Notes under the pieces: model-generated
Databases searched by the model: none
What the model was told of the DNA's origin: nothing
Seen by the model: only the letters and a program-made list of their open reading frames with translations
NCBI GenBank assembly: GCA_040767965.1
Contig: JAXGNR010000004.1
Coordinates: 608,001-672,000, forward strand
Direction: 5' to 3'
Source of the DNA: Atribacterota bacterium
Lineage (GTDB): Bacteria > Atribacterota > Phoenicimicrobiia > Phoenicimicrobiales > Stramentimicrobiaceae
DNA: 64,000 nucleotides
In this document: positions 42,093-51,709 of the stretch, one piece after another
Numbering within the stretch: position 1 is the first letter of the stretch
Layout: every line of letters starts with the position of its first letter
Made by a program: the position numbers and the translations under genes

Positions 42093-44764
42093 AGTGATTT
42101 TAATGCCTTCAAATTATTATTTATTTTATCTCTGATATCAGTTAACTCTTTTAATTTTTCTCTTTCTTTAATGATAATGTTTTCAGGTGCTTTTTTTATA
42201 AAATCAGCATTGTTAAGTTTTTTATTGATAACTATCATTTCTTTTTCAGTTTTAAGCTGTTTTTTCTCTAATCTACTTATTTCTGCTTCTAAATCAATTA
42301 AATCTTTTAGAGGAATAAATATTTCTATATCTTCCAATACGCCAGTTGCAGAACATTCTGGTTTTTCAATTGAATTGCCGATTTCAAATTCTTGTACGTG
42401 AGCTAGATTTTTTATAAAAGAGATGTTACTTTTTATTAAATCTTCTTTATTTGTATTTACCACCCTGAATAAAGTATTTATATTTTTTGTTAAGGGGATA
42501 TTCATTTCAGCTTTAATATTTCGAATTGTTTTAATTACTTCCTGAATTGTTTCTACTTTCACATTAATTGTTTTTACTATTTCTTCTTTTTTATAATCTG
42601 GCCAGTTTGAAACAGAGATACTTATTTCATTGTGAGGAATTTTTTGCCATATTTCTTCTGTTATAAAAGGCATAAATGGATGCAGTAATTTTAATATTTT
42701 ATCTAAAACAAACCATAAAACATATTGAGCTGTCTTTCTTTCCGGGCAATCATCTTTGCGATATAATGTTTCTTTAATTAATTCTATATACCAGTCACAA
42801 AAGAAATCCCAGGTAAACTCGTAAATGGACATGGCTGCATCGCTGAATTTATAATTTTCTAAACTATTAGTAACTTTTTTAATAGTTTCATAAAGTTTAT
42901 TGATAATCCACTGATCATATATACTTAGATTTAGTTCATTTAATTTTACGTCATTGATATTAAAATCCTGTAGATGGGTTAATGAAAAACGGGCTACATT
43001 CCAGATTTTATTTGTAAAATTTCTAAATGTTTCAATCTTGTCCTTTGCCAGCCTAATATAATTTGCTTGAATTGTTAATGATGCCAAGGTCATACGTAAA
43101 GCATCTGCTCCATACTGATCTATCATAATCAGCGGATCAATCACATTACCTTTGGATTTACTCATTTTTTTTCCTTCAATATCTTTTATTAAAGGATTAA
43201 TAAATACTTTATGGAAAGGTATTTCTTTTCTGAATTTAATTCCCATCATCATCATTCGGGCTACCCAGAAAAAGATGATGTCAAAACCGGTGATTAGTAA
43301 AGAAGTTGGGTAAAAATCTTTAAAATCATCAGTTTTATCAGGCCATCCCAAAGTAGAAAAAGGCCAAAGAGCTGAGCTGAACCAGGTGTCTAATACATCT
43401 TTGTCCTGTAGTAAATTTTTGCTTTTGCATTTGGTACATTCATCTGGGTCTTCTAACTGAACAATTATTTCTCCACAATCCTGGCAATACCAAACAGGAA
43501 TGCGATGACCCCACCAAAGTTGCCTGGAGATACACCAGTCTTTTATATTATACATCCATTCATAATAAACTTTTGTCCATCTTTTTGGAACGAAAGAAGT
43601 TTTTTCTGATTCCACTGCTTCAATAGTTGGCTTAGCCAGTTTTTCAATCTTTACAAACCATTGTTTTGACAAGTAAGGCTCAATCACTGTGTCGCACCTA
43701 TAGCAATGCCCTAAAGAGTGTTGATAATTTTCTATTTTTTCTAAAAATCCTTTTTCCTGTAAATCATTTATAATTATATCTCTGCATTTTTGAACATTTA
43801 AGTTAGCATAATTCCCGGCGTTTTTATTTGTAGTTCCATCATCATTTAGAATATTAATCACCTCTAACTGATGTCTCTTCCCTAATTCAAAATCATTAAG
43901 GTCGTGCGCAGGAGTAATTTTAACTGCACCGGTGCCAAATTCAGGATCAACATAATCATCAGCAACAATGGGTAATTCCCGACCAACTATTGGTAAAATA
44001 GCAATTTTTCCAATATATTTTTTATATCTTTTGTCTTTGGGGTTAACTGCTATTGCAGTATCGCCAAGCATTGTTTCCGGGCGCGTGGTAGCAATAGTAA
44101 TATTATCATTTTCAGAATCTTTTAGGGGATAATTAATGTAATAGAGTTTAGAATTTTCCCCTCTTTGTTCAACTTCGATTTCTGCCAGAGCTGTTTGGCA
44201 ACGAGGACACCAGTTAATTACATAATTAGATCTGTAAATTAATCCTTCTTCATATAGTGTAACAAAAACATTCCTGACAGCTTTAGACAATCCTTCATCC
44301 AGAGTAAACCTTAAACGAGACCAATCACAGGAACATCCCATTTTTTTTAGCTGATTTAAAATATTAGAACCATATTCTTCTCTCCACAGCCAGGCTCTTT
44401 TTTCAAATTCTTCCCTTCCTAAATCATATCTGGTTTTCCCTTCTTTCGCTATTTCTCTTTCCACAACATTTTGAGTAGCTATGCCAGCATGGTCTGTTCC
44501 AGGAAGCCAAAGAGTGTTATACCCTTGCATTCTTTTCCAGCGGATCATTATATCCTGCAATGTATTATTAAGAGCATGTCCAATGTGCAATGAACCTGTT
44601 ATATTAGGTGGCGGCATAACGATAGAATAGTTTTTCTCTTTTGCTGTATTATTTTTGGCCTCAAATATATTGTTTTTTAACCAATATTTATACCAGTGAT
44701 CTTCCACAATTTTCGGGTTATATACAGGCTGTAATTCATTTGTATTTTTTTGCTGTTTATCCAT
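42089..44764 (-). CDS. valS: Valine--tRNA ligase
   Basis: PPPNITGSLHIGH, DWCISRQLWWGH, KMSKS, C-terminal coiled coil; start at ATG 44764 with SD AGGAG. Confidence 0.98.
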   Translation of the reverse strand: MDKQQKNTNELQPVYNPKIVEDHWYKYWLKNNIFEAKNNTAKEKNYSIVMPPPNITGSLHIGHALNNTLQDIMIRWKRMQGYNTLWLPGTDHAGIATQNVVEREIAKEGKTRYDLGREEFEKRAWLWREEYGSNILNQLKKMGCSCDWSRLRFTLDEGLSKAVRNVFVTLYEEGLIYRSNYVINWCPRCQTALAEIEVEQRGENSKLYYINYPLKDSENDNITIATTRPETMLGDTAIAVNPKDKRYKKYIGKIAILPIVGRELPIVADDYVDPEFGTGAVKITPAHDLNDFELGKRHQLEVINILNDDGTTNKNAGNYANLNVQKCRDIIINDLQEKGFLEKIENYQHSLGHCYRCDTVIEPYLSKQWFVKIEKLAKPTIEAVESEKTSFVPKRWTKVYYEWMYNIKDWCISRQLWWGHRIPVWYCQDCGEIIVQLEDPDECTKCKSKNLLQDKDVLDTWFSSALWPFSTLGWPDKTDDFKDFYPTSLLITGFDIIFFWVARMMMMGIKFRKEIPFHKVFINPLIKDIEGKKMSKSKGNVIDPLIMIDQYGADALRMTLASLTIQANYIRLAKDKIETFRNFTNKIWNVARFSLTHLQDFNINDVKLNELNLSIYDQWIINKLYETIKKVTNSLENYKFSDAAMSIYEFTWDFFCDWYIELIKETLYRKDDCPERKTAQYVLWFVLDKILKLLHPFMPFITEEIWQKIPHNEISISVSNWPDYKKEEIVKTINVKVETIQEVIKTIRNIKAEMNIPLTKNINTLFRVVNTNKEDLIKSNISFIKNLAHVQEFEIGNSIEKPECSATGVLEDIEIFIPLKDLIDLEAEISRLEKKQLKTEKEMIVINKKLNNADFIKKAPENIIIKEREKLKELTDIRDKINNNLKALKSL

Positions 44765-44814
44765 TTTTAAATTCTCCTGAAATTCTACAAAAATATAGCT
44801 AATTATATAAAAAC

Positions 44815-45010
44815 AAAAAACCCTTTTCATCCTTTTTAAGGACGAAAAGGGTTCGCGGTACCACCTTAATTCCTTTTCATATTAAAATATACGAAAAGGA
44901 TCTCTTAAGTTTTAACGGTACAACCGAAAGATCTTACTTTGATGTTTTCAGATCCAGAGTTGGGAGGACTTTCAATAAAAAATATTTTTATTTACTCTTT
45001 CCCATTAAGC
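44815..45010 (-). ncRNA. T-box riboswitch (Val, specifier GUC) with intrinsic terminator
   Basis: T-box AATTAAGGTGGTACCGCG (44871-44854); terminator AACCCTTTTCGTCC...GGATGAAAAGGGTTTTTT; Stem II GATCT-GAA...AGTA-AGATC; CCGTTA motif; Stem I AGTA...GAA-A-GTC. Confidence 0.93.
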
Positions 45011-45032
45011 ATAAAAATATATTTCTTTAGTA

Positions 45033-45061
45033 ATGTTACTATTTCATAAAATTATTGTCAA
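45033..45061 (-). promoter_or_regulatory. Promoter of the valS T-box leader
   Basis: TTGACA (45061-45056), 17-nt spacer, TAACAT (45038-45033). Confidence 0.65.
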
Positions 45062-45073
45062 GTCAAGGAGGTT

Positions 45074-46354
45074 TTATGCTGTTTCTCTTTCTTTACCATT
45101 GTTGTTTATGATATCAGAATTAGAAATAGCATCTTCGTTATTTTCAATAATCTTTTTTGTAACAGTAAACTCTTTCACATCTTTCATTGAAGGGATATTG
45201 TACATAATGTCCAGCATGGCCTCTTCAATTATTGCTCTTAAGCCTCTTGCACCGGTTTTTCTGCTTAGAGCCTTATCGGCTACTGCCTCCAATGCCGGTC
45301 TCGTAAATTTTAAATCTATCCCCTGATTACGAAGCATTTGCTGATATTGCAGCGTGATAGCATTTTTCGGTTTAGTTAAGATGTCTATCAGGGAATTTCT
45401 ATCCAGGTAATCAATATTTGTAATAATAGTAAGCCTGCCCACTAATTCTGGGATAAGGCCATATTTTACCAAATCTTCCGGAAGTACATTTTTAAGTATG
45501 GCGGATTCATCTTTTCTGTTTACTGGACCGTAAATATCAGAATTAAAACCAATGAGATTTGTTTGCAAGCGTCCTTTTATGATATTTTCTAATCCTTCAA
45601 AAGTACCTCCGCAAATAAAAAGTATTTGAGAAGTATCAATATCTATATTTTTTTGATGAGGATGCTTTCTGCCTCCCTGTAAAGGCATAGAAGCAATAGT
45701 CCCTTCGATTATTTTCAGTAAGGCCTGTTGAACACCTTCTCCGGAAACATCTCTGGTAATGGATGGATTTTCAGACTTTCGGGCAATTTTATCAATCTCA
45801 TCAATATAGATAATACCGGTTTGGGCTTTGTTAATATCTTCACCTGCTGCATGGTATAGCTTCAAAAGTACATTTTCTACATCATCCCCAACATAACCAG
45901 CTTCTGTTAAAGTTGTAGCATCGGCTATGGCAAAAGGTACTTCAAGCATTTTTGCCAATGTCCTAGCTAGAAGAGTTTTCCCGCATCCGCTGGGACCAAG
46001 CAAAAGAATATTGCTTTTTTCCAGCTCAACAAGATTATCAGCTGTTTTTTTGTTATTATTATCTTTGATAAAGTAATTATTTTTTAATCTTTGATAATGA
46101 TTATACACAGCTACGGATAATACTTTTTTTGCTTTTTCCTGGCCAACAACATATTGATCAAGAAAAGTTTTAATTTCTTCCGGGATAGGGATGTTTTTTA
46201 TAGAAAAATGCTCATGATTTTGTGTTTTTTTATTATCTTCTTTTAAAATATAGCTACATACCTGGATACATTCATTACAAATATTAACTTCATTAGGTCC
46301 AGATACGATTTTTCCAACTTCGGTCTGGTCTTTTCCGCAAAATGAACATTTCAT
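45074..46354 (-). CDS. clpX: ATP-dependent Clp protease ATP-binding subunit
   Basis: CSFCGK zinc-binding domain, [26 protein letters not shown] loop. Confidence 0.98.
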   Translation of the reverse strand: MKCSFCGKDQTEVGKIVSGPNEVNICNECIQVCSYILKEDNKKTQNHEHFSIKNIPIPEEIKTFLDQYVVGQEKAKKVLSVAVYNHYQRLKNNYFIKDNNNKKTADNLVELEKSNILLLGPSGCGKTLLARTLAKMLEVPFAIADATTLTEAGYVGDDVENVLLKLYHAAGEDINKAQTGIIYIDEIDKIARKSENPSITRDVSGEGVQQALLKIIEGTIASMPLQGGRKHPHQKNIDIDTSQILFICGGTFEGLENIIKGRLQTNLIGFNSDIYGPVNRKDESAILKNVLPEDLVKYGLIPELVGRLTIITNIDYLDRNSLIDILTKPKNAITLQYQQMLRNQGIDLKFTRPALEAVADKALSRKTGARGLRAIIEEAMLDIMYNIPSMKDVKEFTVTKKIIENNEDAISNSDIINNNGKERETA

Positions 46355-46381
46355 TATAAAACACCTCAATCTGTATTATTG

Positions 46382-46966
46382 CTAAACACGTTTTTTAATA
46401 ACTTCATCAACAACTCCATAAGCTTTAGCCTCATCGCCTGTCATGTAAAAATCTCTATCAGTATCTTTTTCTACTCTTTCGTAAGGCTGATTGGTATGGA
46501 ATGTTATAATTTCGTTTAATTTCTTTTTAATTCTTAAAAGTTCCTTTGTTTGTATTTCTATATCCGACACTTGTCCCTGGGCACCGCCTAATGGCTGATG
46601 TAACATTATTCTGGAATTAGGCAGTGATGATCTTTTTCCCCTGGTTCCTGAAGCCAGGATTAAAGCAGCACCGCTTGCAGCCATTCCAATACAGATTGTA
46701 GCAACATCTGATTTAATGTATTGAATTGTATCATAAATAGCAATAGTTGAGCTAACTGAACCTCCCGGGCTGTTAATGTATAAAAATATGTCTTTTTCTG
46801 GATCGCTGGCTTCTAAAAATAGCAGCTGAGCTATAATAATATTTGCAGCTTGATCGTCAATTTCTGTTCCTAAAAAGATAATTCTATCTTTTAAAAGTCT
46901 TGAATATATATCATAAGACCTCTCCCCTTGAGGAGTCTTTTCAACTACAATTGGAACTAAATGCAT
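46382..46966 (-). CDS. clpP: Clp protease proteolytic subunit
   Basis: [31 protein letters not shown]. Confidence 0.98.
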   Translation of the reverse strand: MHLVPIVVEKTPQGERSYDIYSRLLKDRIIFLGTEIDDQAANIIIAQLLFLEASDPEKDIFLYINSPGGSVSSTIAIYDTIQYIKSDVATICIGMAASGAALILASGTRGKRSSLPNSRIMLHQPLGGAQGQVSDIEIQTKELLRIKKKLNEIITFHTNQPYERVEKDTDRDFYMTGDEAKAYGVVDEVIKKRV

Positions 46967-46978
46967 ATTATTTCCTCC

Positions 46979-48277
46979 TTATTTTTCAGTTACTTTAATA
47001 CGTTTGGTAAGAAGTTCAAAAACTTTTTCTCTTTTAATTTGCTCAGTTAAATTATCTAAAGTATTATTTTTTTCAAACATAGCCCTAACTTTTAAAGGTT
47101 TCTGATTAGTGCTTTGCGCAATTTCATTAATTTTTTCATTTACTTCGTCTTCAGTAGCAGTTATTTTATCATCCTTTATGATTTTGTCAATAATGAGCTC
47201 TTTTTTGATCTGCTGCTTTGCAATATCTCTGTATTCTTTTTTTACTTTCTCTTCATCTGCTTTAATTATTTTATAATAATCTTCTAATTTCATATTTCTG
47301 CTTTTTAAATCTTCCTGCAAATTGTTCATCATGTTTTCAACTTGTTTATTCACAAGTACCTCTGGAGTTTCAAAATCAACTTTTTCAGCAACTTTTTCCA
47401 TTAGTGTTTCATTAAATTCAGTTTCTGATTGATATTTTTTTCTTTCAAATAATTGTTTTTTTATGTGTTCTTTCAGTTCAGCAAGATTCTGATAATTGTC
47501 GCCTATGCTTTTGGCAAAGTCATCGTTTAATTCTGGCAATTCTTTTTCTTTAATTTCTGAAATTTTTATCTGATAAATAATTTCTTTTCCTGCAAGGTCT
47601 TTATCAGCTGCATCTGCTGGAATTTTCATGATAACTTCTTTTTCTGTTCCAGGCTGTAAGTTAATTAAATTATCATTGAATTCTTTTGGTGCCCTATCAC
47701 CTAATTGAATCATTTGTTTTTCTCTTTTGCCTTCATCAAGAGGCTTACCATCAACAAGAGCAGTATAATCAACAATTAAAAAATCTCCCATTTTAGAAGG
47801 TCTGTCCTCTACACTTATTAATTTTCCATGACTTTCTCTTATTCTTTCCAGATCATCATTGATCTCTTTTTCTTCAACTGTCGGAATATTTTTCTCTAAA
47901 GAGATATCGTTCAAGTCAGGTATGGTAATATCTGGTCTCATTTCTAAAATTATTTTGTAAACAAAGGGGTTTTCCTTATCTATCTGCACTATATCTATGT
48001 TCGGAACATCGATTGGATCCAGCTCGCTGTTAGTTATAGCATCAGTGTAACTGTCTTTGATAAGTTTTTCTGCAACCTGTTGATCGATGTATTCTTTCCC
48101 TAAGTTCATTTCCAATATATTAATTGGAACTCTACCAGTTCTAAATCCGGGTATTTTTACTTTTTGTGAAAGTTCCCGATAAATATTATTATATTCTTGT
48201 TTAACTTTTTCATTATCAATTGTAACTTTTAAATCAATTATATTATTTTCTTTTTTTTCTTTCTCTATATTGATCAT
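46979..48277 (-). CDS. tig: Trigger factor
   Basis: IPGFRTGRVP signature, FKBP-like middle domain, ELNDDFAK; tig-clpP-clpX synteny. Confidence 0.95.
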   Translation of the reverse strand: MINIEKEKKENNIIDLKVTIDNEKVKQEYNNIYRELSQKVKIPGFRTGRVPINILEMNLGKEYIDQQVAEKLIKDSYTDAITNSELDPIDVPNIDIVQIDKENPFVYKIILEMRPDITIPDLNDISLEKNIPTVEEKEINDDLERIRESHGKLISVEDRPSKMGDFLIVDYTALVDGKPLDEGKREKQMIQLGDRAPKEFNDNLINLQPGTEKEVIMKIPADAADKDLAGKEIIYQIKISEIKEKELPELNDDFAKSIGDNYQNLAELKEHIKKQLFERKKYQSETEFNETLMEKVAEKVDFETPEVLVNKQVENMMNNLQEDLKSRNMKLEDYYKIIKADEEKVKKEYRDIAKQQIKKELIIDKIIKDDKITATEDEVNEKINEIAQSTNQKPLKVRAMFEKNNTLDNLTEQIKREKVFELLTKRIKVTEK

Positions 48278-48311
48278 TTGAGAACACCTCCAAATGTTTT
48301 GCTCAATCATA

Positions 48312-48338
48312 ATAAAACCGCAAAAAATATTTTGCGGT
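48312..48338 (-). terminator. Terminator downstream of the tRNA operon
   Basis: ACCGCAAAA-4nt-TTTTGCGGT followed by TTTATT on the minus strand. Confidence 0.6.
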
Positions 48339-48437
48339 GGTTCGGTTTAATATATTATTTATTCAAATCACAAAAAATTAACAATCTTTATAGTTTTTTG
48401 TTTTTTGCTTTTTTATTCTTAGGTTAGCTTTTCTATC

Positions 48438-48522
48438 TGGTGCGAGAGGCGGGACTCGAACCCGCATGGAGTTACCCACTGGATCCTAAATCCAGCGTGT
48501 CTACCGGTTCCACCACCCTCGC
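48438..48522 (-). tRNA. tRNA-Leu(TAG)
   Basis: Cloverleaf with long variable arm, anticodon arm CTGGA-TTTAGGA-TCCAG, encoded CCA. Confidence 0.95.
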
Positions 48523-48535
48523 TTTTATATATTAT

Positions 48536-48611
48536 TGGTGGGCTGTACAGGATTCGAACCTGTGACACCCTGATTAAAAGTCAGGTGCTCTGCCAACTGA
48601 GCTAACGGCCC
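48536..48611 (-). tRNA. tRNA-Lys(TTT)
   Basis: Anticodon arm CCTGA-CTTTTAA-TCAGG, GTTCGAA T-loop, CCA. Confidence 0.96.
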
Positions 48612-48636
48612 ATTAAATTATATATTCACGCGAATT

Positions 48637-48713
48637 TGGCGCGCTCGGAGGGAGTCGAACCCCCAGCCCTTGGATCCGAAGTCCACAGCTCTATCCTATT
48701 GAGCTACGAGCGC
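48637..48713 (-). tRNA. tRNA-Arg(TCG)
   Basis: Anticodon arm TGGA-CTTCGGA-TCCA, CCA. Confidence 0.94.
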
Positions 48714-48718
48714 TCAAT

Positions 48719-48797
48719 TGGGGTGAGCGATGGGATTTGAACCCATGACCACTGGAGCCACAATCCAGGGCTCTAACCGGACTGAGCTACGCCCACC
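48719..48797 (-). tRNA. tRNA-His(GTG)
   Basis: Anticodon loop TTGTGGC, encoded G-1, C discriminator, CCA. Confidence 0.95.
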
Positions 48798-48815
48798 ACG
48801 AAATATCCTCTGTCA

Positions 48816-48892
48816 TGGCGCGCCCGGAGGGAGTCGAACCCCCAGCCTACGGATTAGAAGTCCGTTGCTCTATCCTATTGAGCTACAGGCGC
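48816..48892 (-). tRNA. tRNA-Arg(TCT)
   Basis: Anticodon arm ACGGA-CTTCTAA-TCCGT, CCA. Confidence 0.96.
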
Positions 48893-48905
48893 AATTTAAA
48901 AAATT

Positions 48906-48981
48906 TGGAGCGGGAAACGGGTCTCGAACCCGCGACAACCAGCTTGGAAGGCTAGTGCTCTACCAACTGAGCTATTCCCGC
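48906..48981 (-). tRNA. tRNA-Gly(TCC)
   Basis: GCGGGAATAGCTCAG 5' end, anticodon loop CTTCCAA, U discriminator, CCA. Confidence 0.96.
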
Positions 48982-48984
48982 TCA

Positions 48985-49062
48985 TGGTCGGGGTGAGAGG
49001 ATTTGAACCTCCGACCCCCTGCTCCCAAAGCAGGTGCGCTAGCCAAACTGCGCTACACCCCG
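48985..49062 (-). tRNA. tRNA-Pro(TGG)
   Basis: CGGGGTGTAGCGCAG 5' end, anticodon arm CCTGC-TTTGGGA-GCAGG, CCA. Confidence 0.96.
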
Positions 49063-49072
49063 AAACATAAGT

Positions 49073-49101
49073 ATTATATAGTATATCTTATGAGAAGTCA
49101 A
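49073..49101 (-). promoter_or_regulatory. Promoter of the tRNA operon
   Basis: TTGACT (49101-49096), 17-nt spacer, TATAAT (49078-49073), 10 nt before tRNA-Pro. Confidence 0.85.
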
Positions 49102-49198
49102 TAAAGATAAAATAATTTTCTCTACTTTCTTTTACCATACAATATCATTATAAAGAATAATTCTAATAAATCAAATATATTTAACAAAAAATTTTTAA

Positions 49199-49792
49199 CT
49201 ATTCTAAACCGAAATGGGAAATCATGAGTTCAATCATTTTTTCCAGAGCAATAGATCTGTGACTAATTTTATTTTTAATGTTTTCCCCTAGTTGTGCAAA
49301 CGTTCTTTTATATCCTTCCGGGATAAAAATTGGATCATAACCGAATCCGTATTTCCCTTTTGGTGAACTTGCAATATAACCTTCACAGTTACCTTCTGTA
49401 AAATAAAGATCACCTCCCGGGAGAGACAAGCACATTACACACCTGAAACGTGCCTTTCTTTGTTTATTATTTGCATTTTTCAGGGATTGCAGTGCATTTA
49501 AAATTCTTTCACAATCATTATTACCCCATCTGGCAGAATAAATTCCTGGCTTTTTATCCAGATAATCTATCTCCAGACCGGAATCATCAGCAAGTGCAGG
49601 CAACCTAGTATATTCAGAAACATATTTGGCTTTCAGCTGAGCATTTTCAGAAAATGTATGACCATCCTCCTTAATATCCGGAATTAATGGATAATTAGAT
49701 AAACATTCAAATTCAAAAGGAATGTTTTTTGTTTTATTAATAATTTCTTTTATTTTCCCTTTATTTTTAGTAGCTAATACTATTTTTATCAT
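49199..49792 (-). CDS. rdgB: Non-canonical purine NTP pyrophosphatase (RdgB/HAM1)
   Basis: [35 protein letters not shown]. Confidence 0.96.
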   Translation of the reverse strand: MIKIVLATKNKGKIKEIINKTKNIPFEFECLSNYPLIPDIKEDGHTFSENAQLKAKYVSEYTRLPALADDSGLEIDYLDKKPGIYSARWGNNDCERILNALQSLKNANNKQRKARFRCVMCLSLPGGDLYFTEGNCEGYIASSPKGKYGFGYDPIFIPEGYKRTFAQLGENIKNKISHRSIALEKMIELMISHFGLE

Positions 49793-50511
49793 AAAATTCC
49801 AATAATATCCTTTTCTCTGGCAATAACTTGTTGAATTCCGTTTTCGGCTAACTGGATTAACTGATTCAAATTTCTCATTGAAAATGGCCGATCTTCTGCA
49901 GTTCCCTGTATTTCGACTACCTCTCCTCTTTCGGTCATAACCAGGTTCATATCAACTTGGGCCTGACTATCTTCTTTGTAATCCAAATCCAACAACATTT
50001 CTCCATCAACAATACCGACACTTATAGCTCCTAAAAAATGCTTAACAGGTATTGATTCAATTTTCTTTTCAGCTTTCAGATATTTTAAAGCATCTAGTAA
50101 GGCAATAAAAGATCCTATAATAGAGGTGATTCTCGTTCCTCCATCAGCTTGTATAACATCACAATCTATCCAGATCATTCTCGGCCCTAATTTGTCCAGA
50201 TTTACCACTGCTCTCAGAGATCTTCCAATCAGTCTTTGGATTTCCTGTGTTCTACCATTTATTTTTCCTTTTACAGAATCTCGAATATTTCGAATCTGGT
50301 TAGCTCTGGGAATCATTGAGTATTCAGCAGTAATCCAACCCTGCTGGGTGCCTCTGAGAAAAAGAGGAACTTTTTCCTCAACACTGGCAGTGCAGATAAC
50401 TTTTGTATCTCCCATCTCAACCAATGCTGAACCTTCTGAATATTTAATATAATTTTGGGTTACCTTTATAGGTCTGATTTGGTCATATCTCCGATTATAA
50501 GATCTTAGCAT
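49789..50511 (-). CDS. rph: Ribonuclease PH
   Basis: [35 protein letters not shown]. Confidence 0.97.
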   Translation of the reverse strand: MLRSYNRRYDQIRPIKVTQNYIKYSEGSALVEMGDTKVICTASVEEKVPLFLRGTQQGWITAEYSMIPRANQIRNIRDSVKGKINGRTQEIQRLIGRSLRAVVNLDKLGPRMIWIDCDVIQADGGTRITSIIGSFIALLDALKYLKAEKKIESIPVKHFLGAISVGIVDGEMLLDLDYKEDSQAQVDMNLVMTERGEVVEIQGTAEDRPFSMRNLNQLIQLAENGIQQVIAREKDIIGIL

Positions 50512-50579
50512 TCATCCTCCATTTGCTGTATTATAAAATTTAGTAAATTTTTACTAAATTTTAACTAAAAAATTAATAA

Positions 50580-51440
50580 TTAATAAGTTCTATTTATAAT
50601 ATAGTCTGCTAATTCAATAAACAAGGCAGATTTGTCTCCAAAGAGCAAAATGTTATCTTTTGCTCTTTCGCAATAATCTAAAGCTTCTTTTTTTGATTCT
50701 TGTATTCCAAACAATTTTATGTAGGTAGATTTGTTTTCTTCTCTATTATCCTGCTGGATATCCAATAGATCATCAGTTATCTGGAAAGCCATTCCTATAT
50801 TTTCTCCATATTTTTCTAAAGCGTTAAACTGATCTTTTTTTGCATTGAGCAGCAAAGAAGCAGTATTAAGTGAAGCGCAAATCAAGGCTGAGGTTTTATT
50901 GGAATATATTTTTTTGATTTTTTCCTGATTAGCTTGTTTTTTTTGCAAATTGATATCATCAACCTGTCCACCAAGCATTTTTTCGGTTCCAATTTTTGAT
51001 AAAACATACTGAAGCGCATCCAATACGGATTCTTTTGATATACCTTTTACTTTAGAGTTGTTACATATAAAATTTATACCCATAATCAGCAGGGCATCTC
51101 CGGCAAGAGTTGCCAGAGCCTCTCCGTATACTTTATGGTTAGTTAATTTACCTCTTCGATAATCATCATTATCCATACATGGTAAATCGTCATGTATTAA
51201 AGAAAAGGTATGAATCAGCTCAATTCCAGCAGCCGCAGGCAGGACTTTTTCGTGGGAAAAACCCAGCAGTTCTGCTGTCATCATGGTAAGTATTGGCCTT
51301 AATCGTTTTCCTCCATTTAGTACGCTGTAGCGGATAGACTGATGAATCTCTACTGGCTCAGTTTTTTCTGAAGGTAGATTATTTTTTAAATATAGGTTAA
51401 TAATTTCTCTTTTTTCCTGAATATAGGAAATTAATTTCAT
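50580..51440 (-). CDS. ispA: Farnesyl/geranylgeranyl diphosphate synthase
   Basis: GGKRLRP, HDDLPCMDNDDYRRG, FQITDDLLD. Confidence 0.93.
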   Translation of the reverse strand: MKLISYIQEKREIINLYLKNNLPSEKTEPVEIHQSIRYSVLNGGKRLRPILTMMTAELLGFSHEKVLPAAAGIELIHTFSLIHDDLPCMDNDDYRRGKLTNHKVYGEALATLAGDALLIMGINFICNNSKVKGISKESVLDALQYVLSKIGTEKMLGGQVDDINLQKKQANQEKIKKIYSNKTSALICASLNTASLLLNAKKDQFNALEKYGENIGMAFQITDDLLDIQQDNREENKSTYIKLFGIQESKKEALDYCERAKDNILLFGDKSALFIELADYIINRTY

Positions 51441-51445
51441 TTAAA

Positions 51446-51709
51446 TTAAGTATCCTCTCCGTTTTCTGAAAGGGAAAATGGTTCAGTCTGGAATTTATCT
51501 TTTCCATCTCTGGACAATTTTTCTACTTTTTGCTTTGTTTCATTTAATTTTTCCATACATTTATCGGAAAATTCCATTCCTTCTTCGTATAACTTTAGGG
51601 CTTCATCCAGATTTAATTCGCCCTTTTCTAATTCTTCTACTATTTCTTCTAATTTTTTTAAAGAGTCTTCAAAAGACATTTCATCTTTCTTCTTTTCTTT
51701 ATCAGTCAT
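51446..51709 (-). CDS. xseB: Exodeoxyribonuclease VII small subunit
   Basis: SFEDSLKKLEEIVEELEKGELNLDEALKLYEEG. Confidence 0.95.
   Translation of the reverse strand: MTDKEKKKDEMSFEDSLKKLEEIVEELEKGELNLDEALKLYEEGMEFSDKCMEKLNETKQKVEKLSRDGKDKFQTEPFSLSENGEDT

Noticed and set aside
44935-44937. GUA (Val) triplet as the T-box specifier
   Set aside because: It is part of the AGUA S-turn motif of Stem II; GUC at 44969-44967 is in the proper specifier position
48730-48996. 88-aa plus-strand ORF
   Set aside because: Antisense shadow of the GC-rich tRNA-His/Arg/Gly/Pro genes
50534-50563. 13-bp inverted repeat between ispA and rph (similar hairpin near 56995-57029)
   Set aside because: Almost entirely A/T; ordinary intergenic hairpins with no further support
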